A stretch of 53,092 bases of DNA, counting the filler, from Sluysia triapertura (taxonomy: Eukaryota): the NCBI GenBank assembly GCA_046118255.1. It is 4 parts of 4 records of this genome, joined end to end, with 100 filler letters (N's around TTAATTAATTAA, not from the genome) between each part and the next. Parts side by side here need not be neighbours in the genome. Positions count along the whole stretch, not along the records: positions 24,688 to 39,954 come from JBJNIA010233121.1; 3 more parts are not named here. One strand, written 5' to 3'. The position numbers and the translations under genes were made by a program. Below are positions 24,588 to 36,929 of the stretch, one piece after another; position 1 is the first letter of the stretch; every line of letters begins with the position of its first letter. The notes below the pieces were generated by a model. It searched no databases. It had not been told where the DNA came from and worked only from the letters and a program-made list of their open reading frames with translations.

Positions 24588-24687
24588 NNNNNNNNNNNNN
24601 NNNNNNNNNNNNNNNNNNNNNNNNNNNNNNNTTAATTAATTAANNNNNNNNNNNNNNNNNNNNNNNNNNNNNNNNNNNNNNNNNNNN
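24588..24687. other. Artificial contig spacer
   Basis: 44 N + TTAATTAATTAA + 44 N. Confidence 0.98.
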
Positions 24688-24772
24688 ATACATTTTTCCT
24701 AAATCATCATCTATAAAGACAATAAATCACCATATATCTTAAGGAAAAAAAATTCGGGGCTGAATGGGTTAA
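24688..24772. mobile_element. piggyBac-like element right terminus at contig start
   Basis: TCGGGGCTGAATGGG|TTAA ending at 24772. Confidence 0.4.
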
Positions 24773-25389
24773 AATCAACTTAGTTATTTTACCTTTAAAT
24801 CTTGCGACGAGCCCTTAATTGTGTAAGACTCGGATCAGAGGCGAACTCCCTAATGTAGAGAGAAACAATTTTACTGCTTGTTGGTTCATACAAATAGAAT
24901 GAAACTAATAAATTATTTGGTCATACAATAATATTAGAATAAACACTGTGTAGCGACAATGCAGTAAATAAATAATACAAGTCTTTAAACATTATTTGAA
25001 CGAATTGAATTTGGTTACTATTCGAACTGCTCAGTTTATCGAATTCAATTGAGAATGCGTGTATTAAAATTAAATTTAACAAAATAGAATTTTTAAATAT
25101 AAAATAACTATTTTTACTAAGTTCGGTTCTTTGGTTACACCGTTATTTTTCATAATACATCTTAAAGCAATTGGTTACTTAATTCACTTTCTAAGTTTAG
25201 AGACATAAATAGTTAAATTAAGATTAAAATATTTATTAAAATTTGCACTTCCATTTGTACCATCATCAGAGACGAACTAGTTCGGTCGACTTACTTTACA
25301 ATGCGAATATTCGTAAAACTAGAATTGGAAATTTATCACGAGATTTCGAATAATAATTTATCATGCTAAATAATTAAACGTAAAATTCA

Positions 25390-25440
<51 letters not shown>
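25390..25440. repeat. (TAT)n microsatellite
   Basis: 17 perfect units. Confidence 0.95.
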
Positions 25441-25441
<1 letters not shown>

Positions 25442-25442
25442 A

Positions 25443-25637
<195 letters not shown>

Positions 25638-25699
25638 TAAACAATAAACATAACATAATAGTCATTTTTGATAGTAATTTAAAATAATAATTTTAATAG

Positions 25700-27140
25700 T
25701 AAATTATCAATTTTAATTCTTCGTTATTATCTACTTTATCTCTTTTAATAAAATAAACTTATTTTAATGAAATATTGTTTAGGAATAATTATTATAATAA
25801 TAATTATTATAATGTTTAATATTAATTTAAAATGAGATTACATGTAGTTATTATAAATTCAAAATTTAACAACAGATAACAATTAAATTTAAATTAAAAT
25901 TGTAGGAGTAATTATTTCAAAGTGAGATTCTATAAGGATAATACGAAATCAAAATATATAAACATTAAACCTAATTATAATAGTCAATAAATCATTTTAA
26001 ATTAAGAATTAACAATAGTGATATGAAATTAAATTTTAACATAAAATTCGATTAATTATTTTAAAAACATGATTTAGAATATATAGAACAAATTATATGT
26101 AGTCAAAATTTAAGAGCATTTTAATCGAATAAAATCATACTAAATTAAATAGAACCAGTATGAAATTAAAAATTTATAACACAATTTTCGACTAAAAAGA
26201 AAATAATTCTTATATTATAATTTTATTTTAAACAGTATAATTAATTGTTAACATTTATATTAGTGGAAATATTATTATGAAATTTTATTGGATGTATTTT
26301 TGTATTAAAAATATTATTATATATTATCTCAATAATTTTGCACTATATATTATGTTTAATTGTAATTAATAGTATATTTATTGGGAATATTTTTGTATTA
26401 GAAATTTTTAACTTTAATCAATTTTTATCGGAAATTTTATGTGTTGGAAATAATTAAAAAGAATACTATAAAATGGATTACTCTGCATCGGAATCTGCAT
26501 AACTGAACTTAGAGAAATCATTTATGGAAAGAAACCTGTAATCAATTTCGAGATTCAGAAATAATGTATCAAGAAATTTATACAAACAAATTCGGGATTC
26601 AGAAATCATTTATCGAAAAACTTTTATAATCAAGCTTCAAAGTGAAAATTATTTTCTTTGTTTTGGTCGAAAATATTAAATTTATAATTAAAATTTTATT
26701 TATAAAGAAAATAAACTTTCTAATAATTGTTTTTATTTATAATTTATTAATAAATATTCATTATAATTATTTTTTTTACTATTCTATTATTTATTATTGG
26801 TTGAAATTAGAGGAGTAGAGTGCAGTAGTAAATTTTAGATTAAGTAATTGTAATCAAATTTAATCGTCAAGTTTGAATTAAACATTTTCGAATAAAATTT
26901 AACTAAAATCGAATATTAATTAAGGTATAGTTACATAAATATCGATTAGTCATTATTAAGCATTTCCATTCTAAACACCAAGGACGAGTATATTGATTCA
27001 TACCTCCAGTTAAGTTTAATATAAAGTGATAACATTGATAGAAAAGTTCAGAATATTATATGAATTCATAAATAGATTTAAATTAATAGTAAAGAACAAG
27101 AGTTTTTCAAGTTCGTACAAAATTTGTAAAGTATAAAACA
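25700..27140 (+). repeat. Dispersed repeat family B copy (~1.4 kb), including three ~43-bp internal tandem units at 26508-26640
   Basis: 25800-26180 is colinear with 51370-51795 (AATTTAAAATGAGATTACAT, TATAAATTCAAAATTTAA, TAAACATTAAACCT, TAATCGAATAAAATCAT). GGACGAGTATA.T.ATTCAT.CCTCCAG at 26982 is shared with 52552 and, inverted, with ~5430-5457. Confidence 0.8.
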
Positions 27141-27895
27141 GTATTCAGGCACATTTAAATTTGACGAAAGCTTAATACAGTAAAGTCAAAGAAACAACGC
27201 ATAAATTTTTAAAGACTTAGAAGAAGCAAAGAGAATTTTGCATTAACACATACATTAAAATTTTATTACACCATATAGAAGTGCAAAAATTACAATTAAT
27301 GAATCAATCAGCAAAACTAATTTTCCAAGATCTCATATAACGCCTTATATTAAAGAACTACAAGTGGTTACCAATAAAGCAGTAGTAGAATTCAAAGTCA
27401 TGACAATAATTTACAAATATTTACATTATGTAACTCCTGAAAATCTCTTAGAAATAATAAAAATTCGGAAACCAAAATGAATGTTATTAAGATATGATAA
27501 TTTGTACATAACCCAAAGTGGCGATAAGCCAGGTGATAGGTTGTATACCGTAAATGTTTCAAATATGTACAACAAGTTACTAGAAAATGCTAATTTACTG
27601 ACAGAATACAAAATATTTAAAAAGCAAAGTTTTTTTCTGTTTTACTGAATAATTTATTTTAAGCGCGTTTACAGTAGATATTAGCGCAATATAACTTAAT
27701 ATATTATTATTTTCGTTTTCTCTAAATTCGAAATTATTTTCTAAACAGTCAAAGTGAGTCGTTTTCTGCAGATTATCTTAAAATGAGACTTCATAAATAA
27801 GCCAGTTATTTGAATTATATTTCTATTTGGCACATTCAAAGTTCATAGAAATGTAATCGTAACAAAATCATTAATTTTTATATTGCGCTTTTCTA

Positions 27896-28081
27896 CAGTG
27901 GTGGCCAAATTATTAGACTAAAACAGGAAAAATATGTTTTTCTTTGGTTTTCTTAATATTTGCTTCCATCGCCTGGAAACTCTCTACACGTGAATCCCAT
28001 AGAAAATCTGTTCGATATTGTCAAAAAGAGTTTCTACCTATAAACCCTTTGTTAAATTATTCTATGATTTGGCACCCCTTG
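27896..28081. mobile_element. Tc1/mariner-type MITE (degenerate right end)
   Basis: TA|CAGTGGTGGCCAAATTATTAGA on the left and TCTATGATTTGGCACCCCTTG on the right (imperfect inverse). Confidence 0.5.
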
Positions 28082-29006
28082 TTCCTAAAAAATATATTTA
28101 ATGTATGTTATCCTGAAACGTGGAATATGGAAAAAGTTACGTTTTCATGGCCATAAAGAGAAAAGAGAATAAGAACGTTGAATTTTATTTTGAAAAATGA
28201 AATTAAAATAAATGATTTTAGATTTTTGGTAGAAAACGCACAAACTGGAAAATTCCAAATCGAAATTCCCAACACAGTGAAAAAAGCCAAGGTCATTATA
28301 GAAGCAATCGTAGTTAGCATCGTTACAATCAAAAGATCTTCTCTCACTTTTAAACACGTTTCGGATTTTGACGATATAATTAAATGGAAAATCTTTGGAA
28401 GAATTTAATCCTAACTCGGCTACGGATAAATCTAAAAGATCACAATACGTAAAGCAGGAAGGAAATATAGTATGGCAACTTCTGACAAAAGTTGTAAATA
28501 TTTTTACTACAAGAAAATATAATATTGTTATTTTGTAAACAAAAACCATTTAAATAACATTATTTTGTTTTTATGTCAGTAGTAGTGACACATTGCTAGA
28601 ATACTTGTTCATGCGATTCTCGAGAAAAACATTTAATAGTTAAAAATTTCGAGTTAAAAATTTCATAGCTCACCACTGAATATATATCTTAGTTAACCAC
28701 ATATAATGACCCCCTTTGAAAATGTAAGAAAATATAAGAACCGAATATGATTGAACCTGAGAATTTGACAGAAGGTGAATGTGTCTGTAATGAAAAACAT
28801 TTTATTCTTTTCGAAATTTCTATCTAATTTTATTATTTATTTCCTATTGTACCCATGCATAATACAATACGCACCGCAATGATCATAGGGACATATATAC
28901 TTGAATTATGTTGCTGTATGATGATTTTATAAATTTAAATAGTTGAAAATGCATCGATTCAAAAATAAATTAAGGCATGAGAAAATATCACTTATTTATT
29001 TCTAAC

Positions 29007-32000
29007 CTGTCAACTGTATGACGTTAAGATATTTTCCAGTATTAAGAACATTGTCGACATGAGATTCCAGAAATTTCGGCACTAGTGACGATATGATGTG
29101 GTACCGCTTTGTCCAATAATCCGGTCCAATAGTACCATCTGGAGAAGTTTGAATTTGGTTTTCATATATAAAAAATTCTTTATAAGCATCTGATATAATA
29201 CCACGATATATCCACAAACGCAGCATTCGAAAAAATGGAACTGTAACCTAAATGCGAAATTATTAAAGCAAGAATTTTATAATTGTAACTAATACAACCA
29301 TTTTAATTCATTGAACACATTGAATGCCATGGGGTCACCAGTGACCGGCGAAGCCAAGATTAAAATAAGTGCCTTTCAGCGACGTGGGAGGCAGCGGTTA
29401 CCTCAGTGAATTAAGTGCGTCACGAATGATTACAATAATTAATTGTTCTATTGTAAATAATATTTCATCAAAATATGCAACACATATTGAGAAATTCATT
29501 TAGGCCTGACGGGCAAGCCATGTAAAATTAGCGTGGCATTCAATTTGTTCAGAAAATATTAGTCTATTATTGATTTAATATGAAACTATTGTAAAATAAA
29601 ACAAATAAAGAGATTTCACAGTTTGTGTATTATAAGAAAACAGATCAAAATTAAGATTTTTTCGGTTTTTAAATTATTTTCTGTGATGTACCATTAAAAA
29701 TGTATAACAAATTATGGAAATCGATCAAAAATAGATTTTCTTAGCAAGTTCATAAAGGATAAACAAATAATTTATAACAATGGCAATACACAGGATTTTG
29801 CAATCCTATATTAACTTAATAAAAAATTTTTTTAGAACCTATATGGCAAGAAAGGTTCGAAAGGTTATTAGAAAAGACTTATGATACATTATTTCAATGC
29901 TTAAAATAAAATGTCAAACAATTTAAGAGATATCTTCATCTTTCCATGATTTTACAATTAAGAGAAACTAATCAATTAATTTTTAATACTGTAATCTGTA
30001 ATAGTGTCATAATTCAACAGGAAATGTTTCAAGCTTCAAGAGATACAGTATACCACAATTTCAAGGTCTAGAGTTTCATGATAAATATTACAAGGAAAAG
30101 GCTCTATTTCGTGCCAGAAGAACGAAATACTATCGAGAAAATTAATGTTCCTAAATTGAATAAATTTTAGTTATGTTAATATATGAATGCACACCTGCTA
30201 ATATACGATTGCAAAACTCTGTAATAATGGTAATAATATATTAAATTATATTTCTCTTATATATACTGCCAAAGAAGTTCTCAAAAGCACTTATAATAAA
30301 TCATTCATAATTTTTCTGAAAAGAAAGATCATTACTTTTTTCTTAAATATTTCATAATCTTCTAGAAATCTAACGCTCCCTGGTAGATGGTTACATATTT
30401 TTGAAACAAACATTGCATTTCATTTTCAATTCTGTACAAATTATTATATCTTAATGTCATCAATTTTGGTTTCCGGATTTTTCATTATTAGGATTTCCAT
30501 AATGTAAGCATTTCCCTCTCGCTTTTTTTGATAACCAATATAATTCTTTAAGATAAGATGTTATAAAAAATTAAGCTTGCCGGTTAATTCAATAGTAATT
30601 AATGCAGATAAATTAACAAATGGTCATAGAAAAATATAAATATAAACAATTTAATAGTAATTCTGAAGTTTAGGAATTATTTTTCAATTTATAAATAATT
30701 TGGTTTTATAATTTCGTAAATAAAGAAAACATAATGAAAATAAAGAGGTGATACAATAATAATTTTAATTAATTTTATACTATTTTCAAATTTAAAATTA
30801 ATTAAATGAATAGATAAATAAGCTTACATATTCCATAAGATATGTGTAAATGTTTTTATCAATAGGTGAACCACTTGATGCCAAACGTTTACAAAGATGC
30901 GTTAGAATTGTACCACCATGTAATTTATTTTCTCCAACTACTGTACAAACATCTGCTAAAACTCGTAATGCAGGCTCTGGACCTTGACACAGTTGACTTA
31001 ACAATTGAGATGGTGTTAAAGCATCTGGAGGTGGTAGTAGTGCCTCCGCTTGAGAACGACATACTTCGAGACGAAATTGTCGTAACTGACCACTCATTGC
31101 TGCTGCTAATGCTTGCTTAATACAGCCGCTTTCACAACCACAATAATCTTTAATATTTATATACAAAATAAACTATTAAATATAAAATTACCATCAATAA
31201 ATTTAGCTATTGTAGAAACATTTCTGCAAATTTTTAAAACGTGTTCCACTATACATTTATTACCAACACCTAAATTTCGAATTTAATTCTTTAAAATTAA
31301 TTACTAATTGAGTCATGAATGGAGAATTCTAAACCATTAATTGGATCATATCGTGGTCGTATGTAGATGCCATGGTTATTCTGAATATTTCTAATTTATT
31401 TTTTAAACAATTTACAAACCATTAAACAATAAATCAAATCTTTAGTGACAAGTACATCTTCTTCATAACTGCTAACGTCACTAAGATTTAAAACAGGATT
31501 TGAAAACTAAAAGTGAATATTTAAGAAACGAAATTACTTGATTTAACAACGAAGATTCTAAATAATTCAAACACGTAAATTTATTATTCTGCATAAAACC
31601 GGTATTTCCAGTATTTGATAAAGATGATTGTGACTTTAAAAAATCTGACTTTTTCAAAGGTAAACTCTTATTGCCACCTCTGGTATATAAATTTTCTTTT
31701 TGCTGTTATATTAAAATATAATTGGAAATATTACTTCTATTTTTTCAGCTTTTAACATTTCCATTACTTCAGGTTTCGATTTAATAACATAAAGAAACCT
31801 TATGTACCTCGAAAGCTCTTTCACACTTAATTGATTTATAATTTTTTTGCTATAATTTACTTTCGAACATCAAGCTGTTCATATAAGTTCTGAAAACGCT
31901 GACTATGTGGATTATTCTGTATAAGTGTAGGTATAATATGATTAACTCTATGCTACAAAAAATAATATTTAATATTTTACTTACTCCTGCAGAATCAAAT

Positions 32001-32135
32001 TTTTCGTATAATTTATTTACAGAATTAGCAATTTCAACTTGATCCGTGCAGCTATCATATAATTAAATTTATTTAATTTAATTACTTCAGTTTTTTAAAA
32101 ATTTCTCTAACTAGATGAACATCTTCCCCCTGCAT
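29007..32135 (-). CDS. TUBGCP2: Gamma-tubulin complex component 2 (Spc97), 5' half; 10 exons: 32135-32086, 32051-31985, 31952-31861, 31825-31735, 31702-31538, 31506-31420, 31380-31305, 31269-31192, 31147-30828, 29247-29007
   Basis: All GT-AG introns keep frame from ATG 32135. GRIP1 motifs: EEDVLVTKDLIYCLMNNHGIYI; ESGCIKQALAAAM; LHGGTILTHL; VPFFRMLRLWIYRGIISDAYKEFFI; DYWTKRY...VPKFLESHVDNVLNTGKYLNVI. The last exon ends in a GT donor, so the gene continues. Confidence 0.92.
29312..29551. mobile_element. MITE (240 bp) in the long GCP2 intron
   Basis: TGAACACATTGAATGCCA (29312-29329) versus TGGCATTCAATTTGTTCA (29534-29551), 17/18. Subterminal near-palindrome GGTCACCAGTGACC. Confidence 0.75.
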
Positions 32136-33035
32136 AATACTTTAAATATAATTTTTAATACTTATATTATTTAAAATTAGTTGAAATATAAAAACAAGAT
32201 TGTATATAGTTTAGTAAAATTAAAATATATAAAAACTTTATATTGTTAGAGTAGAATAATATTTATAATATAAGCTTAATAGTTATAAAATAAGATAAAA
32301 TAAATATATTATTAATGATTAATAAATTTAATAACATCGTTAGAATTTAATGTTATGTAAACTTTCGTGAAAGTGAAGGTATTTCTAGGGAAAGACTAAC
32401 TTCACATATTAAACATGCATATTAGTCAATCTAATTTAATACAATAGACATTAAATGAACTTCGATCAAATGGAAGATAGATAATGAGAATCACGTAGAT
32501 TGTAGATAAATATAGATCACGAAGTCAGGTCGACATGTAGTTACTATCAACGTCAATGATAAGTCAGAATAATGAAGCCTTGTCGGATGTAAGAAAAGTA
32601 CACAATATATGTGCGTTGATAGATACGGTTCCATTAGAATTACTTATGAATAACGAAAAAAGTAAATTTCCCTCTAATAGAAGTGACAATGACATCTTAT
32701 GAATTAATAATGGAATGCGGATTTTTGGCGTTTAGATTAAATTCGGTTAAAATTCAAGTTTTAGCAGGTCATTATAAAGATTTTGAATGTTTAGTTACAA
32801 GACTATTTAATGAAAGGTAGACTACTAGTTTTTCAGTTTAATAATCTAGAATATTTAATTTTAAAACAGGTTTCAAAATATTTAAATAACAATGAAATAA
32901 TACATTACACAATAATGGAATTCAAATTTTAAAAGGTCATATTTACTCTATGAACTTAATACAATAATGGTTAATTTTCAAAATTTGAATTCCTTGATAG
33001 AAAAAATATATATACTGTAACAAAATATTATGAAA

Positions 33036-33058
33036 AGGGCCACGGGTTGCCCATCATG
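33036..33058. mobile_element. Isolated hAT-like MITE terminus
   Basis: GGGCCACGGGTTGCCCATCATG resembles the common hAT end (GGGCCGC...TTGCCCA.C.CTG). Partner end not found. Confidence 0.3.
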
Positions 33059-33739
33059 GATTTTGTAGGATTCAGTTGTATTCAATAAGATTTGACACAA
33101 TGTAGTTTCATTATTATTGATAAATTGCAAGAAAGGATATCACAGATTGTTTATAATTTATAATTTATTTTTATAATTTATTTATTTTAAATTTCAGATT
33201 AATAATTAAGTAGTAAAATGTACGTAATACATCTTATTCATGTTTACCACCGATTTAATGAGGAGAAAATTCATTATTAAAATCCAAACATTATAAATTA
33301 AAGTTAAAAAAATTTTATAAATTAATTTTTACTAATTCAATATTATTTTTCATCTTCTTAATATGCAAAGTTTGACCTTATTTACATTTTATTTACGATT
33401 ATAAAAATATTAATTCAATTATCATAATTTTATAGTTTAGTTTAATTATAAGTAGCATGCAATTTGAACCCTTAATATTATTAAATAAGAATCATACATT
33501 AATGAGTAGATTATTAAAGTTGTGTCTTTGTTACTATTACTTTACAATATCAACGTGCAACTCAATAATTAAACAAATTAGCGATCTCAATACATTCTTT
33601 AAATTATCATAATATATAACAAATATTCTTATATAATATTCCAACTCTAATATATATAAAATTCTTTATCAATAATATACCTTCAATATATGTTATTATA
33701 CTTTTTAAAAGCTATAATTAATGACTATTCTCATACAAA

Positions 33740-33860
33740 GTTATAAATCTCTAATTATGAAACTCTAAATATTCAGAAATTATTAACAAAGATGACACAG
33801 CATTTATAAATGTTGACGCCCGTATTAAAAAGAATTAAAATAACAAAAGTATCATGTTAA
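33740..33860. repeat. Dispersed repeat family C core (inverted copy at ~43340-43470)
   Basis: ATAAATGTTGACGCCCGTATTAA here versus TTAATGCGGGCGTCAATATTTAT at ~43387-43409. Flanks weakly similar. Confidence 0.55.
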
Positions 33861-34490
33861 ATTCCTTTATTGCGAACTTTAAACTTCAATCTCATTGTTT
33901 AAGGTAGTGCCCTTAAATTTTAAAAGGAAGTCTTAATTTTTCGCTTTTGTCTTTTTTATAATAGTTGGACAATGATTATGAGATTGGAAATTAGACAAGG
34001 CAGGAATTACTTTGTTTATTCTTTTTAGTCAGCTACAAACCGATCAATTTTTATGATTAAATTCCAACAGTAATTTCAGCCTATGTCCAATTTGTAATGG
34101 GATTTGTGTTAAACAATCTCCTTATTTTTTCAACATAATTAAATCGAAATTTAATATCATTATTACATAGATATTCTATCCACAAAGTAATTTATTAACT
34201 TAAATAAACTATAAAATTAATGAAATAGTAAATTTAATTTTCATAAATATAGGGAGTTAAATTTTGTTTTGGATATTTATATGGAGTTAAATGATATAGA
34301 ATTATTTTGTTTATGCTTAGTTTATTTATTATTCCATTAAGATTTATTAAAATCAATTTAAAAATTTTGTAATGATAATTTAAGTTAAAGTTAATTAAAA
34401 TAATTATTTAATTTCTTTGATAGAGAAAATCGACGAAAAAGACATTAATTTTTTTAATTCTAAATTCTAATGTTACAACAAGATTAAATT

Positions 34491-35350
34491 CTAATAAGTT
34501 ATTTCTGATATTCGACGGGATGTTTGCATTTTGAACAATTTTTTCTCAAATTGTGGATTTCTAAAATAAGAAAGATCAAATTCAATTAGTGGCCGAATAG
34601 AAAATATAAAAATTACTTTAAGTTGCACGTCATCCGTACAGCTAATAAGTTGATTAATTTCAAGGACATCATTATGATTCATGTTATCTATCAATTTGTT
34701 TTTTTACTAACATCTTGTGTAGCCATTATTAGATTGTTTACACGTTGTACATGATCATAAATAACGTTTGATTTAGTATCAATATAACTAATTTCATTGA
34801 TATTATGATAAAAGATGCAAGATGGTCCGAATTTACTGCATTGACTTAATTCATTCGATTGGAATGGACATTGTGCTGTTCTAAATAGTTTATAATTTTG
34901 TTGGTTTGAAACAATGTTGATTAGAGGTGAAACAATTGAAGTAGCAAGATTGTTTGAGACATTAAGTTCTGTTGAGTAATCTGCTGTGATTTTACTATGA
35001 CAAGCGTCGACATTATGTGTATCACGATCTGATAGAATTGTACTAACATTAGTACTTTTATCTTTCATAGAGTCATATATATATACATACGAACTTCGTT
35101 GAGGAATATATGGTGAATAAGGTGTAACATAAAATTTAACCACTAAGTCGGAATCTATTTCAAAATTATTAATTTCTTTTTATATTATGTATAACACAAC
35201 CATAGCATTACCATAATTTATGAGCAATTTTATATTGCTATTCATTTCTTGTGTAACGTCATTTAAGGACTGTACAAATCTCCAAATGTTTGAAAAAGAA
35301 AACACTTGATAAAAATTTTGTATACAAACTTGACAAAAATACGATGCCAT
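34491..35350 (-). CDS. CCCH zinc-finger protein (Unkempt-like finger spacing), spliced; 3' end uncertain
   Basis: ATG at 35350, exon 35350-35212, 57-bp GT-AG intron, then an exon from 35154 in frame with ORF 34691..35143. Contains KLFRTAQCPFQSNELSQCSKFGPSCIFYH (C-x9-C-x6-C-x3-H). ORF 34491..34694 may supply further exon(s). Confidence 0.55.
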
Positions 35351-35397
35351 AATTATTTAAGAAATTTCGAACTTATGTTTAATGATAGTTCATCAAT

Positions 35398-35775
35398 TCA
35401 TATAATATAATGATTGAAGTTGACTGTATCAGTTATAGACGTCAACCTACTATTTGCAACTATGTTTAGTGATTCTGCTTACCAAGTAAAACTATCTGGA
35501 TGATGAATTCCAATCAGTATACAACCTGATGATAGGCATATTGGTATGTTACTAAAGTTATCAGTAGAACAAGACATAATGAAAGATGACAGTTGATCAC
35601 GATGTGCTTTCGGCATTGAAGACAAATCTAAGAAATTAATAATTTGCACTTGGTTTAGTTTGAGTTGGAAATTCACATTTATCTGGGCAGAATGTGATAA
35701 AATCACATCTTAGACCTTGGATATGAATCAGTGAATTGAAAATTTAAAGGTTTTATTTCATTATGTTCAGACGCT
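35398..35775 (-). CDS. Small spliced gene of unknown function (5' structure unresolved)
   Basis: Exon encoding LSSMPKAHRDQLSSFIMSCSTDNFSNIPICLSSGCILIGIHHPDSFT, a 36-bp GT-AG intron (35482-35447) and terminal exon WLTSITDTVNFNHYII* (stop 35400-35398). Confidence 0.4.
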
Positions 35776-36929
35776 AAAAGTCATACCAAATGCTTGACAC
35801 TATTTTATCATTTAAATCTCATGAGTTATTAGTTTTGACTAAATTATTGAGTTCATTAGTCTGGTCGTCTAAACCCTTCTTGACTTACTTTAATAAGAAT
35901 CATGTAGGAATTAATAATTCACGACAATAGTTCGAGATCGCAATTTGACTTAAATTTATTATGCATTAATTACAAAATACTAATTATTGAGCTATATTAC
36001 TAACTAATTAAAAATAGACTGTTATGATTGGTATATTGTAAATGACATTTAACCAATTATTGAATTGTTCTAATTATACTCATTATAGATATCATATTAC
36101 ATTAAATTCGTCTGTATGCATGGTAAATTAAAAGTACTAATAGTTCATTATACTGACTGCCTGTGTAACTTAATTTTAAACTAAGCTTGTGATAGTGATA
36201 GTGTTGTCGCAAATGATAGATTCTGTCTAATTTATTTGATAGTAAAATTAATAAAGCTATTCGATCGAAACTGTGATAAATAAGAATAATAATGATAATG
36301 ACAATAAAAATGGTGATAACATAATAATAATTTATTCTTCCTTAACATATGAAATTGTCAGAGTGTATTTTGTAGTTCATAATTTATATTCTTGTATAAT
36401 TTGTATATTATTTCTTTTTATGTGTATTGTAACGTTGTATTATTATTGAAAATTTCGACAATGTTTGTTGTGACGATTTATCATTATTGACAATGTGTTT
36501 AATAACAATACTCTTACGTTTCATTATTTAGTGTTTACATTTTATTATTATTATTCATTGATCTTTAATAATATTATTTATTTTATTAAATATCGATTTT
36601 ATTTTACAATTATTTTGGAATTAATTATTTGGAAATTTTGGAATACAATAATTATTTTTATTAAACTAACGTAAATATTTTTAACATTATTAGATTCCCA
36701 AAATGACTTTGGTTTTATCACTTTCATCACTGTCAGTGAAACAACATTTTATTGAATTCTGGCCCTTATTTATATCGATTTTTTTCCAATTTCACATCTT
36801 TCCTACTTATTTCTTCTCCAGCAGTTGGATAATCCTTTTCGTTAGGATGGATGGGAAACGATTGAAATTATACGTGTATGAAGAATTAATACTAAATGAT
36901 GAAGATAGTAACAATTATCTTCTGTTGTG

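Noticed and set aside
25240-25295. Possible hammerhead ribozyme core (CTGATGA on the minus strand)
   Set aside because: No correctly placed GAAA or pairing stems found by eye.
26508-26640. ~43-bp periodic repeats resembling a CRISPR array
   Set aside because: Whole units are similar, with no unique spacers, no cas genes and a eukaryotic context; a minisatellite.
27944-28549. Overlapping ORFs on both strands, considered as downstream GCP2 exons or a transposase
   Set aside because: No GRIP-domain or DDE motifs and no phase-compatible splice sites found.
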